Part shown: positions 37,752 to 46,041 of the stretch, piece after piece | Layout of the letters: the number at the start of each line of letters is the position of its first letter | How positions within the stretch are numbered: the first letter of the stretch is position 1 | From: Candidatus Poseidoniaceae archaeon | GTDB lineage: Archaea > Thermoplasmatota > Poseidoniia > Poseidoniales > Poseidoniaceae | Assembly (NCBI GenBank): GCA_943788295.1 | Contig: CALSPS010000004.1 | Location: forward strand, 224,540-288,539 | Reading direction: 5' to 3' | DNA: 64,000 nucleotides | Position numbers and translations under genes: made by a program | The notes under the pieces: model-generated | Seen by the model: the letters and a program-made list of their open reading frames with translations, nothing else | Told to the model about the DNA's origin: nothing | Databases searched by the model: none

Positions 37752-38003
37752 TCAATCTTGAAGTTGGCTGAGGGTGGTGACTGCTCGCTCACCGCTCAGA
37801 ACCTTTCCAAGGGCGTTCAACGAGATCACGAGGGGCACGTAGGCTTGTCCATCGCTTGTCACGTAGGTCGAACAATCGCTGAAAGCGCTTGTGTTGATGG
37901 ACACCTTGAGGGCGGCACCAGCGTTGCTTTTTCGGACGTAGCCGACCAGCAGGTTGTTGTTCATTTCTTGGGCTTCATTGGGTTGTTGGTTTTTTTTGCT
38001 CAT
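37752..38003 (-). CDS. Small hypothetical protein of 83 aa.
   Basis: MSKKNQQPNEAQEMNNN..., with the start at the ATG at 38003. The track ORF extends to 38072. Confidence 0.4.
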   Translation of the reverse strand: MSKKNQQPNEAQEMNNNLLVGYVRKSNAGAALKVSINTSAFSDCSTYVTSDGQAYVPLVISLNALGKVLSGERAVTTLSQLQD

Positions 38004-38015
38004 GTTTTCACATCC

Positions 38016-38035
38016 GTGCACCGTCAGTGGTGCAC
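38016..38035. promoter_or_regulatory. Inverted repeat GTGCACC-N6-GGTGCAC in the divergent promoter region.
   Basis: A perfect 7-bp IR sits 13 nt upstream of the small minus-strand gene and about 90 nt upstream of the epimerase operon. Confidence 0.3.
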
Positions 38036-38124
38036 AAAATGAACCAATTCCGTCTAACATCATAAGGCACATGGTATCGGCATAGCGAGCAAAGCCTCAT
38101 ACGCAGGGCTCGTCTGTTCAAACC

Positions 38125-39087
38125 ATGCGAGCATTGGTCACTGGTGGAGCGGGTTTCATTGGGTCACATCTCATCGACCGTCTTGTCGCCCGTGGGGACC
38201 ACGTGGTTGTCCTTGACAACCTTTCATCGGGTCACCTTTCGTTCATTCAAGAGCATCTCGACAACGGTAATGCAACGCTTGTCGAAGCAGATATCACTCA
38301 ATTTGACGAGGTCATGGTGGCCATGAAGGGCATTGATTGCGTGTATCACCTCGCTGCAAATCCGGACATCCGCTTGGGCACGCGCATCACCGACACAGAT
38401 CTCAAGCAGGGCACCCTCGCAACGTACAACATCGTTGAAGCCATGCGCCTCAACAATGTAGGGACCATCGCCTTTGCCTCATCCTCTGTGGTGTACGGTG
38501 AAGATGCACCCCTTCCTACTCCTGAATCACACGGGCCTTGCATGCCAATTTCGCTCTACGGTGCGAGCAAGCAAGCCGGTGAGGGTTTAATCAGCAGTTG
38601 GGTCGGAACCTTCGGCATCCAAGCTTACATCTTCCGTTTTGCCAACATCATCGGGACGCGTGGCACTCACGGAGTCATCTTTGATTTCATTCACAAACTC
38701 AAGAAGGATCCATCCCGTCTTGAGGTGCTTGGCAATGGATTGCAAGAAAAATCCTACATGGAAGTCGGTGACTGTGCCGACGCCATTTTGCATGTGATGT
38801 CCTGTTCGAACGATTCACTCAACCTCTACAACCTTGGTAGCCATGACACCGCTTCAGTGCGCCGGATTGCAGAAATCGTGGTCGAGACAACAGGCTGCCA
38901 TGACGCAAGCATCGAGTACACCGGCGGAGACCGTGGTTGGGCTGGCGATATTCCACGAGCCATGCTTGGCATAGAGAAGATGCTTTCAACAGGATTTGAT
39001 GTGCGCTACAACAGCGAAGAGGCCATTCGGCACACCGCACTTGCTCTGATTGAAGAAATCGGTTTGAACACGGAGATGAACTCATGA
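38125..39087 (+). CDS. NAD-dependent epimerase/dehydratase (UDP-glucose 4-epimerase-like SDR).
   Basis: VTGGAGFIGSH carries the GxxGxxG motif. YGASK is the YxxxK catalytic motif. Confidence 0.8.
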   Translation: MRALVTGGAGFIGSHLIDRLVARGDHVVVLDNLSSGHLSFIQEHLDNGNATLVEADITQFDEVMVAMKGIDCVYHLAANPDIRLGTRITDTDLKQGTLATYNIVEAMRLNNVGTIAFASSSVVYGEDAPLPTPESHGPCMPISLYGASKQAGEGLISSWVGTFGIQAYIFRFANIIGTRGTHGVIFDFIHKLKKDPSRLEVLGNGLQEKSYMEVGDCADAILHVMSCSNDSLNLYNLGSHDTASVRRIAEIVVETTGCHDASIEYTGGDRGWAGDIPRAMLGIEKMLSTGFDVRYNSEEAIRHTALALIEEIGLNTEMNS

Positions 39088-39797
39088 AACAAATTTACGA
39101 TGATGAAGCCAGCACCCTGACCGATGCCTTTTTGAAAATTTCAAGCCTCTTTTTCGTTGGTATTTTGATCATTGCCTTCACGACCAATGGCATAGCGACA
39201 GGCACAGAAGAAGGAGAGCGAGCACCTGCACTCGATGGAGCAGCCTATTCTGGCAACGGCTGGGCCTCATTTGACTTCAGTCAAGAATTCGACACCGCTT
39301 GGGACGGCAATGTTTCCAGCGATTGGGTCATGATTGAATTCATGGATACCGATTGTCCTTATTGTGTGCGATCTGCAGATTTATTCGGAGAAGCATCGGA
39401 GATTTTCCACGGCTCCAACCCAGAATGGAACGGAGCACAAGTGAATTTCTTCGCAAGCGCGACCCAACTTGACATCAAGGGTCACGATTCCTCTCGAGAG
39501 GAGATTGCCGCATTCAGGGACAAGTCCACTGGACAAGAATGCGCAGGTGCAGATTGCGCAAACCGTGGCGGTTCCGCACACAACCTCATCACCTACATTG
39601 ATGACCTCGACCAAGAAAACATGGATGAGTGGGACATCAGAGGGACTCCGACCTACTTCTTAATCCAACCAGATGGCATCATTGCATGGGTTTCAAACGG
39701 TGGAACCAACGTCGGTGATGTCAACCAAGACGGTGACGAGAACAATTACATCGATGCCATCATCACACTCGTGACCCGCGAGAACGGTGGTGCTTGA
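39084..39797 (+). CDS. Membrane-anchored thioredoxin-like thiol-disulfide oxidoreductase (CPYC), with a C-terminal Ca-binding-like Asp-rich motif.
   Basis: N-terminal TM, then FMDTDCPYCV with the CxxC motif. The C-terminus has DVNQDGDENNYID. Confidence 0.6.
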   Translation: MKQIYDDEASTLTDAFLKISSLFFVGILIIAFTTNGIATGTEEGERAPALDGAAYSGNGWASFDFSQEFDTAWDGNVSSDWVMIEFMDTDCPYCVRSADLFGEASEIFHGSNPEWNGAQVNFFASATQLDIKGHDSSREEIAAFRDKSTGQECAGADCANRGGSAHNLITYIDDLDQENMDEWDIRGTPTYFLIQPDGIIAWVSNGGTNVGDVNQDGDENNYIDAIITLVTRENGGA

Positions 39798-40398
39798 AGT
39801 GTCAACCACTCTTCTGCTTGCTGCATACGCTCTTCCTGTCGTGCTTGGCTTAGCGTTGATCCTTCCATGGACTTCGCCCCTTTTCCTTGGAATGAGCGAA
39901 AAACTCCCGTTCTTGAAAACACGCCGTGACAGGATTTTTGCAGGATTGAACCTCACGTTGCTTGCTGGCTTAGCCATTTCAGTTCAGACACAATGGATTC
40001 ATGCCAAGGTGAGTGAGGGGGCTAATTTCTGTGCTTCCAACACCATCTTTTCGTGTGACGACGTGATTGGTAATGCAAAGTACAACACCATGCCGGTTCT
40101 CGATGTTTCATGGGGAATGGTCGGTATGTGCACCTTCGCATTCTTGCTGTTCCTCTCCTATGCCTCATCGAAGGAACCGAACGCAACATGGGTCAAAACA
40201 TGCATCGACCTGGGCACCCTGATGACCTTCGGTGGTCTTGGCGTCATCGGCTTGCTTGTTTCTTACGAAATTGAAATGGAAAAAATCTGTCAATTCTGCA
40301 CCATGGCTCACATCGCAAACATTGTGGCCTTGGGTGGATTCATTCAACTGCGCATGATGCATGGCGAAAAGGCGTGGAATGATTTGTACAAAGACTGA
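39787..40398 (+). CDS. Vitamin K epoxide reductase (VKOR) family membrane protein.
   Basis: Loop Cys pair CASNTIFSC and TM CxxC (CQFC). Four to five TM helices. Confidence 0.65.
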   Translation: MVLEVSTTLLLAAYALPVVLGLALILPWTSPLFLGMSEKLPFLKTRRDRIFAGLNLTLLAGLAISVQTQWIHAKVSEGANFCASNTIFSCDDVIGNAKYNTMPVLDVSWGMVGMCTFAFLLFLSYASSKEPNATWVKTCIDLGTLMTFGGLGVIGLLVSYEIEMEKICQFCTMAHIANIVALGGFIQLRMMHGEKAWNDLYKD

Positions 40399-40411
40399 AG
40401 GAGTGGTGACA

Positions 40412-40957
40412 ATGGCGAGTGAGCGTTTCATTTGGGGCACCATCACCACAGGAGCAGTCATCGTACTGCTTGTCCTTCTCGGCCAACAAAACACCATTGA
40501 ATCATCCAACGGGCTTTGGTCTACAGCTGACGACCCACATCCATTGTCACTCGAATGTTTGGATCACGGTAACCTGTTTCGACATGACCACGTCACGTTG
40601 AAAATTTTCATCGAGGAAGAACGATACACCATTCCAGAGAACCTGGGGATCAACACAGGTGTGTGCAATAAATCTGGGGAGAACATGCACACGGTCCACA
40701 CGCATTCACCCGGTGAGCGACTTCACATCGAAATGGCAGAAGGGGATGACGTTCCCCTTGGCGTTTTCTTTGACATCTGGGGCGTCCACTTTGATGACAC
40801 AGGGATTTTCGATTACCGGGTGAACTCCACTCACGGCATCACCATGCACGTGTTTCAAGATGGACAACAGGCATCGGAGTCAAACCAGGTCGCCTCCTTT
40901 GATGACTATGTCCTCCTAAACGGAGAAATCATCGAGATCTACTTCCAAGAAATATGA
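40412..40957 (+). CDS. Hypothetical extracytoplasmic protein with an N-terminal TM anchor. It is the last gene of the epimerase–Trx–VKOR operon.
   Basis: TM segment GTITTGAVIVLLVLL. The region after it is His-rich. The start was set at MASERF. Confidence 0.45.
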   Translation: MASERFIWGTITTGAVIVLLVLLGQQNTIESSNGLWSTADDPHPLSLECLDHGNLFRHDHVTLKIFIEEERYTIPENLGINTGVCNKSGENMHTVHTHSPGERLHIEMAEGDDVPLGVFFDIWGVHFDDTGIFDYRVNSTHGITMHVFQDGQQASESNQVASFDDYVLLNGEIIEIYFQEI

Positions 40958-41278
40958 TCAAGGGGTAAAGCAGCCTTCAAAGTACAACGCATCGACATTG
41001 GTGTTGACTTCTTCCATTCGAAGCACCGTTACATCGATTCGCTCACTTCCGCTGTAGGTGCGCTTGAGTTCTGCTAGCAGGTGCTGTTGCACCCCCGCAT
41101 GATCTTCGCCCCATAGCATGCTCAAATGATGATGTTGTTCACCGTTGATGGTCACGGTGTATTCAACAGCCCATTCTTTGAGAGGTTCGTTATCCTCCCA
41201 TGTCACATCTTCCCATGTTTTTGCCATGGTAATATCTTGTTCTTGGAGGGTTATCAATGCATCGGGTTGATGCTTCAC
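40958..41278 (-). CDS. Hypothetical protein.
   Basis: 106-aa ORF with no motifs. Confidence 0.35.
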   Translation of the reverse strand: MKHQPDALITLQEQDITMAKTWEDVTWEDNEPLKEWAVEYTVTINGEQHHHLSMLWGEDHAGVQQHLLAELKRTYSGSERIDVTVLRMEEVNTNVDALYFEGCFTP

Positions 41279-41342
41279 CTTTTTACCGGTTTACGGAAGC
41301 AAATGTCGCAATCAATGCGTATTGATGTGAGATTTCCGGTTT

Positions 41343-42287
41343 TTAATCACGCTTTTGCACAATAAGTAAGCCCGTGAATGCCGTAACACCCAGCACCACC
41401 CATACGGGATTCCATGCCTCGCCAGAACTTCGTTCTCGATAGGCAAATTCCAGTGCTCCGTAGGTTCCAAGGTCTTCTTGGGCTTCGATTGAATCGTAAT
41501 CGTTTTCGTGAAGAAGCACAACACTGAATGAATCCAATGGCCCAAATTCGATGCTAAAATCTGTGGTGCAAGATGTCGGGGCTTCGGAATGAATCAAACC
41601 GATGCTCTTCGAAACGAAACCATCGCCAAGCCTGCATTCAGCCGTAGCGATGACGACTCGGTCGCGCGCAGGCTCGCCGGGGTTATCGAACCCCTTCGGG
41701 ACCGTCTTCCCGTGTTCGAGCACCATGAAGGTCAACTGCGATCCGTTCATGGCATGACCGTCGAAGGTTGTGATTGTGGCGTGAATTGATTCATTGATAC
41801 GTTGAACATTGAACTGGAGCTGCGTGAAGGATTGTCGAGCGACTTCAAGGTCCAATATGTCACGTTGAACATCGACCCATGCATCGGTTCCTGTCCTGTA
41901 CGCTCCTCCTTCAACCATGAATGTCGGCGTTCCAGGCAGGTTCGCATCGACCGCCATCAACCGCTCAATGCGATGTTGGGCGGCCTCTGGGCCAAACGCA
42001 TCAACACCGTCATCGGGATGGTAGGCCATCAGCGCGATGCGTGAGGCATGTGCGTCGGCCACGTTCATCAAGTAAGGATCGATTTCCGCACATGAAACGC
42101 ACCACGTTGTGGTTAATTCTTCAACGATTAAACTGCGACCGCCAAGGTTCGTTTCAATGCCTTCCTCAAGTGAGGTTCCCAAATCCACAACCACTGCCTG
42201 AGCGAAGATTGGCGCCTGAAGCAAGCCAACGGCAAGAAGGAGGACCAACCACCCTCTCTTGTGCGGTCGAGATTGACCCTTCGCCAT
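41343..42287 (-). CDS. Membrane-anchored thioredoxin-like protein (WCVSC), DsbA/thiol-disulfide isomerase-like.
   Basis: Signal/TM LVLLLAVGLLQAPIFAQA, CxxC motif TTTWCVSCAE and a C-terminal TM. The start was set at MAKGQ. Confidence 0.5.
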   Translation of the reverse strand: MAKGQSRPHKRGWLVLLLAVGLLQAPIFAQAVVVDLGTSLEEGIETNLGGRSLIVEELTTTWCVSCAEIDPYLMNVADAHASRIALMAYHPDDGVDAFGPEAAQHRIERLMAVDANLPGTPTFMVEGGAYRTGTDAWVDVQRDILDLEVARQSFTQLQFNVQRINESIHATITTFDGHAMNGSQLTFMVLEHGKTVPKGFDNPGEPARDRVVIATAECRLGDGFVSKSIGLIHSEAPTSCTTDFSIEFGPLDSFSVVLLHENDYDSIEAQEDLGTYGALEFAYRERSSGEAWNPVWVVLGVTAFTGLLIVQKRD

Positions 42288-42391
42288 GCTTCGGCGACGA
42301 GGGCGACCTCCTTCATCCCTTTGTTCTGGGGAGTTTTGAGGCGAGGTTTCTTCAACAGGTCGAATTCCACTCGTGATGAGGAGGGAGTGAA

Positions 42392-43129
42392 ATGGCCGAC
42401 CATTGGATTGAGAATCACAAGCGTGATTCATGGCGTCGACAAGCCAAGGCCAGCGGCTATCGCGCTCGCTCTGCTTTCAAACTAAAGCAAATCCAAGAGC
42501 GATTCAACCTCATCCGTGAGGGTGACGTCATCCTCGATGTTGGTTGCCACCCCGGTGGATGGGCGCAGGTTGGAATGGAACTTGTCGGCGAATCTGGATT
42601 CGTGCTCGGGGTCGACCTCGAACCTTGCCAGCCGGTTGAAGGAGCCCTTCTCCTTACAGGGGACATTACCGATCCACACACCCAAGAACGCATGCTTGCA
42701 GAACTCAAGGGGCGGCCATTGAATTCCATCGTCTCAGACATTTCGCCAAACATCACCGGGAAATGGGATATGGATCAGGCCGTGGCTATGACCCTCGTTG
42801 CTCAAGTGTTTGATTTCTCATTGCCTCTGTTGTGTAAGGGCGGTTCGTTTGTCACCAAATTATTCCAAGGGGTTGGGGTGGAGGAATTGATCGTTGCAGT
42901 GAAACCGTATTTTTCCGATGTGCGTCGCTTTGCACCTCACGCAACCCGAAACTCTTCCTCTGAAGTCTACCTCATTTGTCGTAATTTCATGCCTTGGAAG
43001 GCCAAGAATTTCTCCATTCTTGACAGTTACGAGGCTGCATTGAATCTTAAGTTGGGCGGCGATGATGTGGATGAAGGTCCTGAAATCATCAAATCCTCTT
43101 TCTCGGTTCGTCGGAAAAAAGCGGAATAG
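42392..43129 (+). CDS. rlmE: 23S rRNA U2552 2'-O-methyltransferase FtsJ/RlmE.
   Basis: YRARSAFKL...DVGCHPGGW is the FtsJ SAM-binding signature. Confidence 0.8.
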   Translation: MADHWIENHKRDSWRRQAKASGYRARSAFKLKQIQERFNLIREGDVILDVGCHPGGWAQVGMELVGESGFVLGVDLEPCQPVEGALLLTGDITDPHTQERMLAELKGRPLNSIVSDISPNITGKWDMDQAVAMTLVAQVFDFSLPLLCKGGSFVTKLFQGVGVEELIVAVKPYFSDVRRFAPHATRNSSSEVYLICRNFMPWKAKNFSILDSYEAALNLKLGGDDVDEGPEIIKSSFSVRRKKAE

Positions 43130-43161
43130 TTTGATGCCGGTTAAGGTGGAACTCACCTGGT

Positions 43162-43509
43162 ATGGAACGAAACCCACAACGGCATCAACCAGCTAAAAAC
43201 CAACCACGGCCCGCACGACAATTGTGCAGCAACCTGCGTCATGACGCTCCTGTACACCGAGTGGAATTGGTGGTCTTACGCATCTATCCTGTGCGCAGAA
43301 TTGCTTCTGACCGCTACACGGGGCCGGTTGCTGCTGCGTGCGGCCGGGATGAATCAGGTATCATCGGCTTGGTGTTGTGGGGTGAACAAACGGACATGGT
43401 CCAAGTCGGCGACATCATTCGCATCACCAACGGTTGGTGCCGCCGCCGGAACGGCGAACTGGTCGTCAGCACAGGTAACGACGGGGCTCTGTCGATTCTT
43501 GATCGTTAA
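43162..43509 (+). CDS. OB-fold nucleic-acid-binding protein (RPA/SSB-like).
   Basis: VELVVLRIYPV...DESGIIGLVLWGEQTD...GDIIRITNG...GELVVS is an OB-fold pattern. Confidence 0.45.
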   Translation: MERNPQRHQPAKNQPRPARQLCSNLRHDAPVHRVELVVLRIYPVRRIASDRYTGPVAAACGRDESGIIGLVLWGEQTDMVQVGDIIRITNGWCRRRNGELVVSTGNDGALSILDR

Positions 43510-43633
43510 TTGAAGAGCAGTGGTCCGGTTATGGGCAGAGCCGATTGAGGAGTTTACCGCCAACCTCTAGGTTGTACAGCACGCAACCATAAAGAAGGGG
43601 AGGGCATGGGCGGAGTGTTCCTGAGGTCCCATT

Positions 43634-43801
43634 ATGAGTGAGAGAGCAACCAACTGCACCGCATCCGGCGTTCCTTTGCAAGAAACCGGTTCAACCACAT
43701 TCCCTTGCCCCGGGTGCTCAGCACCTATTGGCCGCAGCCCACGCTGCCGAAACCAAGGCGTTCTGTACGTCTGTCCAGCTTGTGGATACCAGGGGCCCTG
43801 A
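43634..43801 (+). CDS. 55-aa Zn-ribbon protein (COG2888-like), in the conserved position upstream of EF-1beta.
   Basis: MSERATNCTASGVPLQETGSTTFPCPGCSAPIGRSPRCRNQGVLYVCPACGYQGP. It is absent from the ORF track. An SD-like GAGGTGA precedes the downstream gene. Confidence 0.5.
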   Translation: MSERATNCTASGVPLQETGSTTFPCPGCSAPIGRSPRCRNQGVLYVCPACGYQGP

Positions 43802-43810
43802 GGTGAAATC

Positions 43811-44083
43811 ATGGGTATGGTAGTCATGACATACAAAATCAATCCTGACTCTGACGTCGAGGATGTCGATGCTGACGCAATCGCAACAACCATCACCTCA
43901 ATGGCTGATGAAATTTACAACATTCAATCCGTTGAAGTCAAACCTCTTGCGTTTGGCCTCAAGTTTGTTCAAGTCCACGTGGTCATGAACGACGGTGAAG
44001 GTCTGGCTGATGCCTTGGAAGGACGCATGTCCGAAATCCATGGTGTTGGAGAGATCGAAGTTCTTTCGATGGGCCTCATTTGA
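43811..44083 (+). CDS. ef1b: Elongation factor 1-beta.
   Basis: MTYKINPDSDVEDVD...VEVKPLAFGLKF..VHVVMND matches the aEF-1beta fold. 90 aa. Confidence 0.85.
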   Translation: MGMVVMTYKINPDSDVEDVDADAIATTITSMADEIYNIQSVEVKPLAFGLKFVQVHVVMNDGEGLADALEGRMSEIHGVGEIEVLSMGLI

Positions 44084-44190
44084 GCCCAACGCTGCAGCTG
44101 CTGAGCGCTCATTGCGCTGATGCTTTTGTTTCAATGGAAGAGGAGCGTAAGCCTCTCAATCAATTCGGAGCACGAAGTCCAAGGGGCAAA

Positions 44191-45594
44191 TCAAAGTTGA
44201 CTGAGTGGTCCTTGCATAAATTCACGGAGCAATGTGGTGGCATAGCTTCCACTCGAGAGCACAAATCGGAAGCGGATACAGGCGCCTTCGGGATGCCATC
44301 GACTGTCTGAGCCCGGGCCCGACTTCCATCGCTCGCCCATTGTTTCGTCGTTTGCAATAGGTACCGTATCGATTGCAAGTTCATTGAATTCAGTTACGAG
44401 GGCTCTGCGGGTGCCTCGCGTTGATAGCCTTGGGATGGCACTGACGTTCCAATCCGCATCATGGAGGTTCATTTGTTCGATGATCTTGGCCTCTATCGAT
44501 CCAGATACACCTTCACACGTGTTGATTTCGCTTCCCGGTAGTGGTCCGGTGGTCACAAGGCGTCCAAGTTGACAATTGCGTGCAATACGAGGGAGTGTTC
44601 GTTCTTCAACGACCACACAACTTGATGCCTCAAGTTGTCCCTTTTCATCGATTCGACCGACTAAATCACCTGCAACAGGTCTGCTGATTGGCAAACCATC
44701 CTCAATGCGAGCGTGCAATGATTTGTTGAACACCACGGATTGAAGAGCGTGAACCGTCATCAATTGCAAGTTTCCAGGCAGTTTCTTGAATGCACCTACA
44801 AAATCATCGGGGCGAGCAAGGAGATGCTCGACCATTCGCCGCTCAAAACCAAGCCATTGCGGTGCAAGTTCCAACCCTTCTTGCGTTGGACCATGTTCCC
44901 GCACGTGAGCCCGAAAAGCGTGAACGTCTTCATTCTCCGACATGCCTTCCATTGCGATGTAGGTCATGACGGCCTGTTCCCAATCCTCTGCGATGACATA
45001 CTTGCCAACTTCTGCAGTGACTGGACGACCGGATCCGAACCGCTGGGGACCAATCCAATTTGGGAAGGTGTTGTCTCCAAGGGTTGAGGCCATATCGGAT
45101 TGAATGCGTTCAACTTCGCTCAAGGCATCTTCTGTGCTCATCGGCGTTCCATCGTTATGGGCGCAACCTCGAACGACGATGGTGAACCTATTTCCACGGT
45201 GGTTACCAAACCCAATCTTTTGATGGGTCCGGCCAAGCACTTCAATTTCAACATCGGGCATGTCGACTTCGGCGACTTTCTTTTGTGGGGCATCGATGAC
45301 AAACAACTGCTGGGTGACAGCCCGTTTGTCTTTGGTCCCTGCAAAGAAGATTCGATTCCGTGGGATCTTGAGGGCCTTAGCCAAGTTATTGCAAAACCTG
45401 TTTGTCTCCCAGTTGGTGAGTGTAATTTTGGCGACTGTAAATCGACCCTTGTTGTCCATGTGGACTGGAGTCGAGATTTCTTCGACTCGAAAATCAGTGA
45501 CCCTCGCTTTGAGAACACCGCCGATGCCGTCGGTTTTGGTCGCGTAGCCATCCAATCCAATGGCTTCTGCCAATGAATCCGTCCACGCAGTCAT
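44191..45594 (-). CDS. truD: tRNA pseudouridine(13) synthase TruD.
   Basis: GIGGVLKARVTDFRVEE...AGTKDKRAVTQQ are TruD motifs. The start was set at MTAWTD. Confidence 0.8.
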   Translation of the reverse strand: MTAWTDSLAEAIGLDGYATKTDGIGGVLKARVTDFRVEEISTPVHMDNKGRFTVAKITLTNWETNRFCNNLAKALKIPRNRIFFAGTKDKRAVTQQLFVIDAPQKKVAEVDMPDVEIEVLGRTHQKIGFGNHRGNRFTIVVRGCAHNDGTPMSTEDALSEVERIQSDMASTLGDNTFPNWIGPQRFGSGRPVTAEVGKYVIAEDWEQAVMTYIAMEGMSENEDVHAFRAHVREHGPTQEGLELAPQWLGFERRMVEHLLARPDDFVGAFKKLPGNLQLMTVHALQSVVFNKSLHARIEDGLPISRPVAGDLVGRIDEKGQLEASSCVVVEERTLPRIARNCQLGRLVTTGPLPGSEINTCEGVSGSIEAKIIEQMNLHDADWNVSAIPRLSTRGTRRALVTEFNELAIDTVPIANDETMGERWKSGPGSDSRWHPEGACIRFRFVLSSGSYATTLLREFMQGPLSQL

Positions 45595-45607
45595 GAAAGC
45601 ACCCCGT

Positions 45608-45865
45608 TCACAGGGTGATGCTGGAAAACTCAACAGCAAGTCCAGCCACGAGGTCTCTTAGGACCTTGTCGGATGCATTCTTGCCTTTCGTGCGAACGTA
45701 AAACTCTGGATCATCCAGTTCAGGGTGGCCTGGGAAGTAGTTGGCGTATTCCACGTTTTTGTGGTTGTTCAATCGCTCACGGAGCATTTGGAGAGCCGTG
45801 TGGCTTTCGCCGATAATGCGGAGGCGCAGTTCGTTCTTTTCTCGAAGGAGCAGTTTCACAGGCAT
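45608..45865 (-). CDS. rpoL: DNA-directed RNA polymerase subunit L (Rpo11).
   Basis: MPVKLLLREKNELRLRIIGESHTALQMLRERL...EYANYFPGHPELDDPEFYVRT. The alternative start is 45874. Confidence 0.75.
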   Translation of the reverse strand: MPVKLLLREKNELRLRIIGESHTALQMLRERLNNHKNVEYANYFPGHPELDDPEFYVRTKGKNASDKVLRDLVAGLAVEFSSITL

Positions 45866-46041
45866 GATGACCATTCCGCCCACTTGCCAACTTGTTTTGA
45901 ACCTTCTCCCAAAAAATCCACGCCATTCTCCTCTCCTTGACCTCGTTTTTCGGTCCATTCAACCCATCGCAACCTCTCAATTTTGGTTAAAGGAGGTTGT
46001 GTCAAGGCCAAGATACCCCCTTCCTTTTGTAGTGCTTTGCG

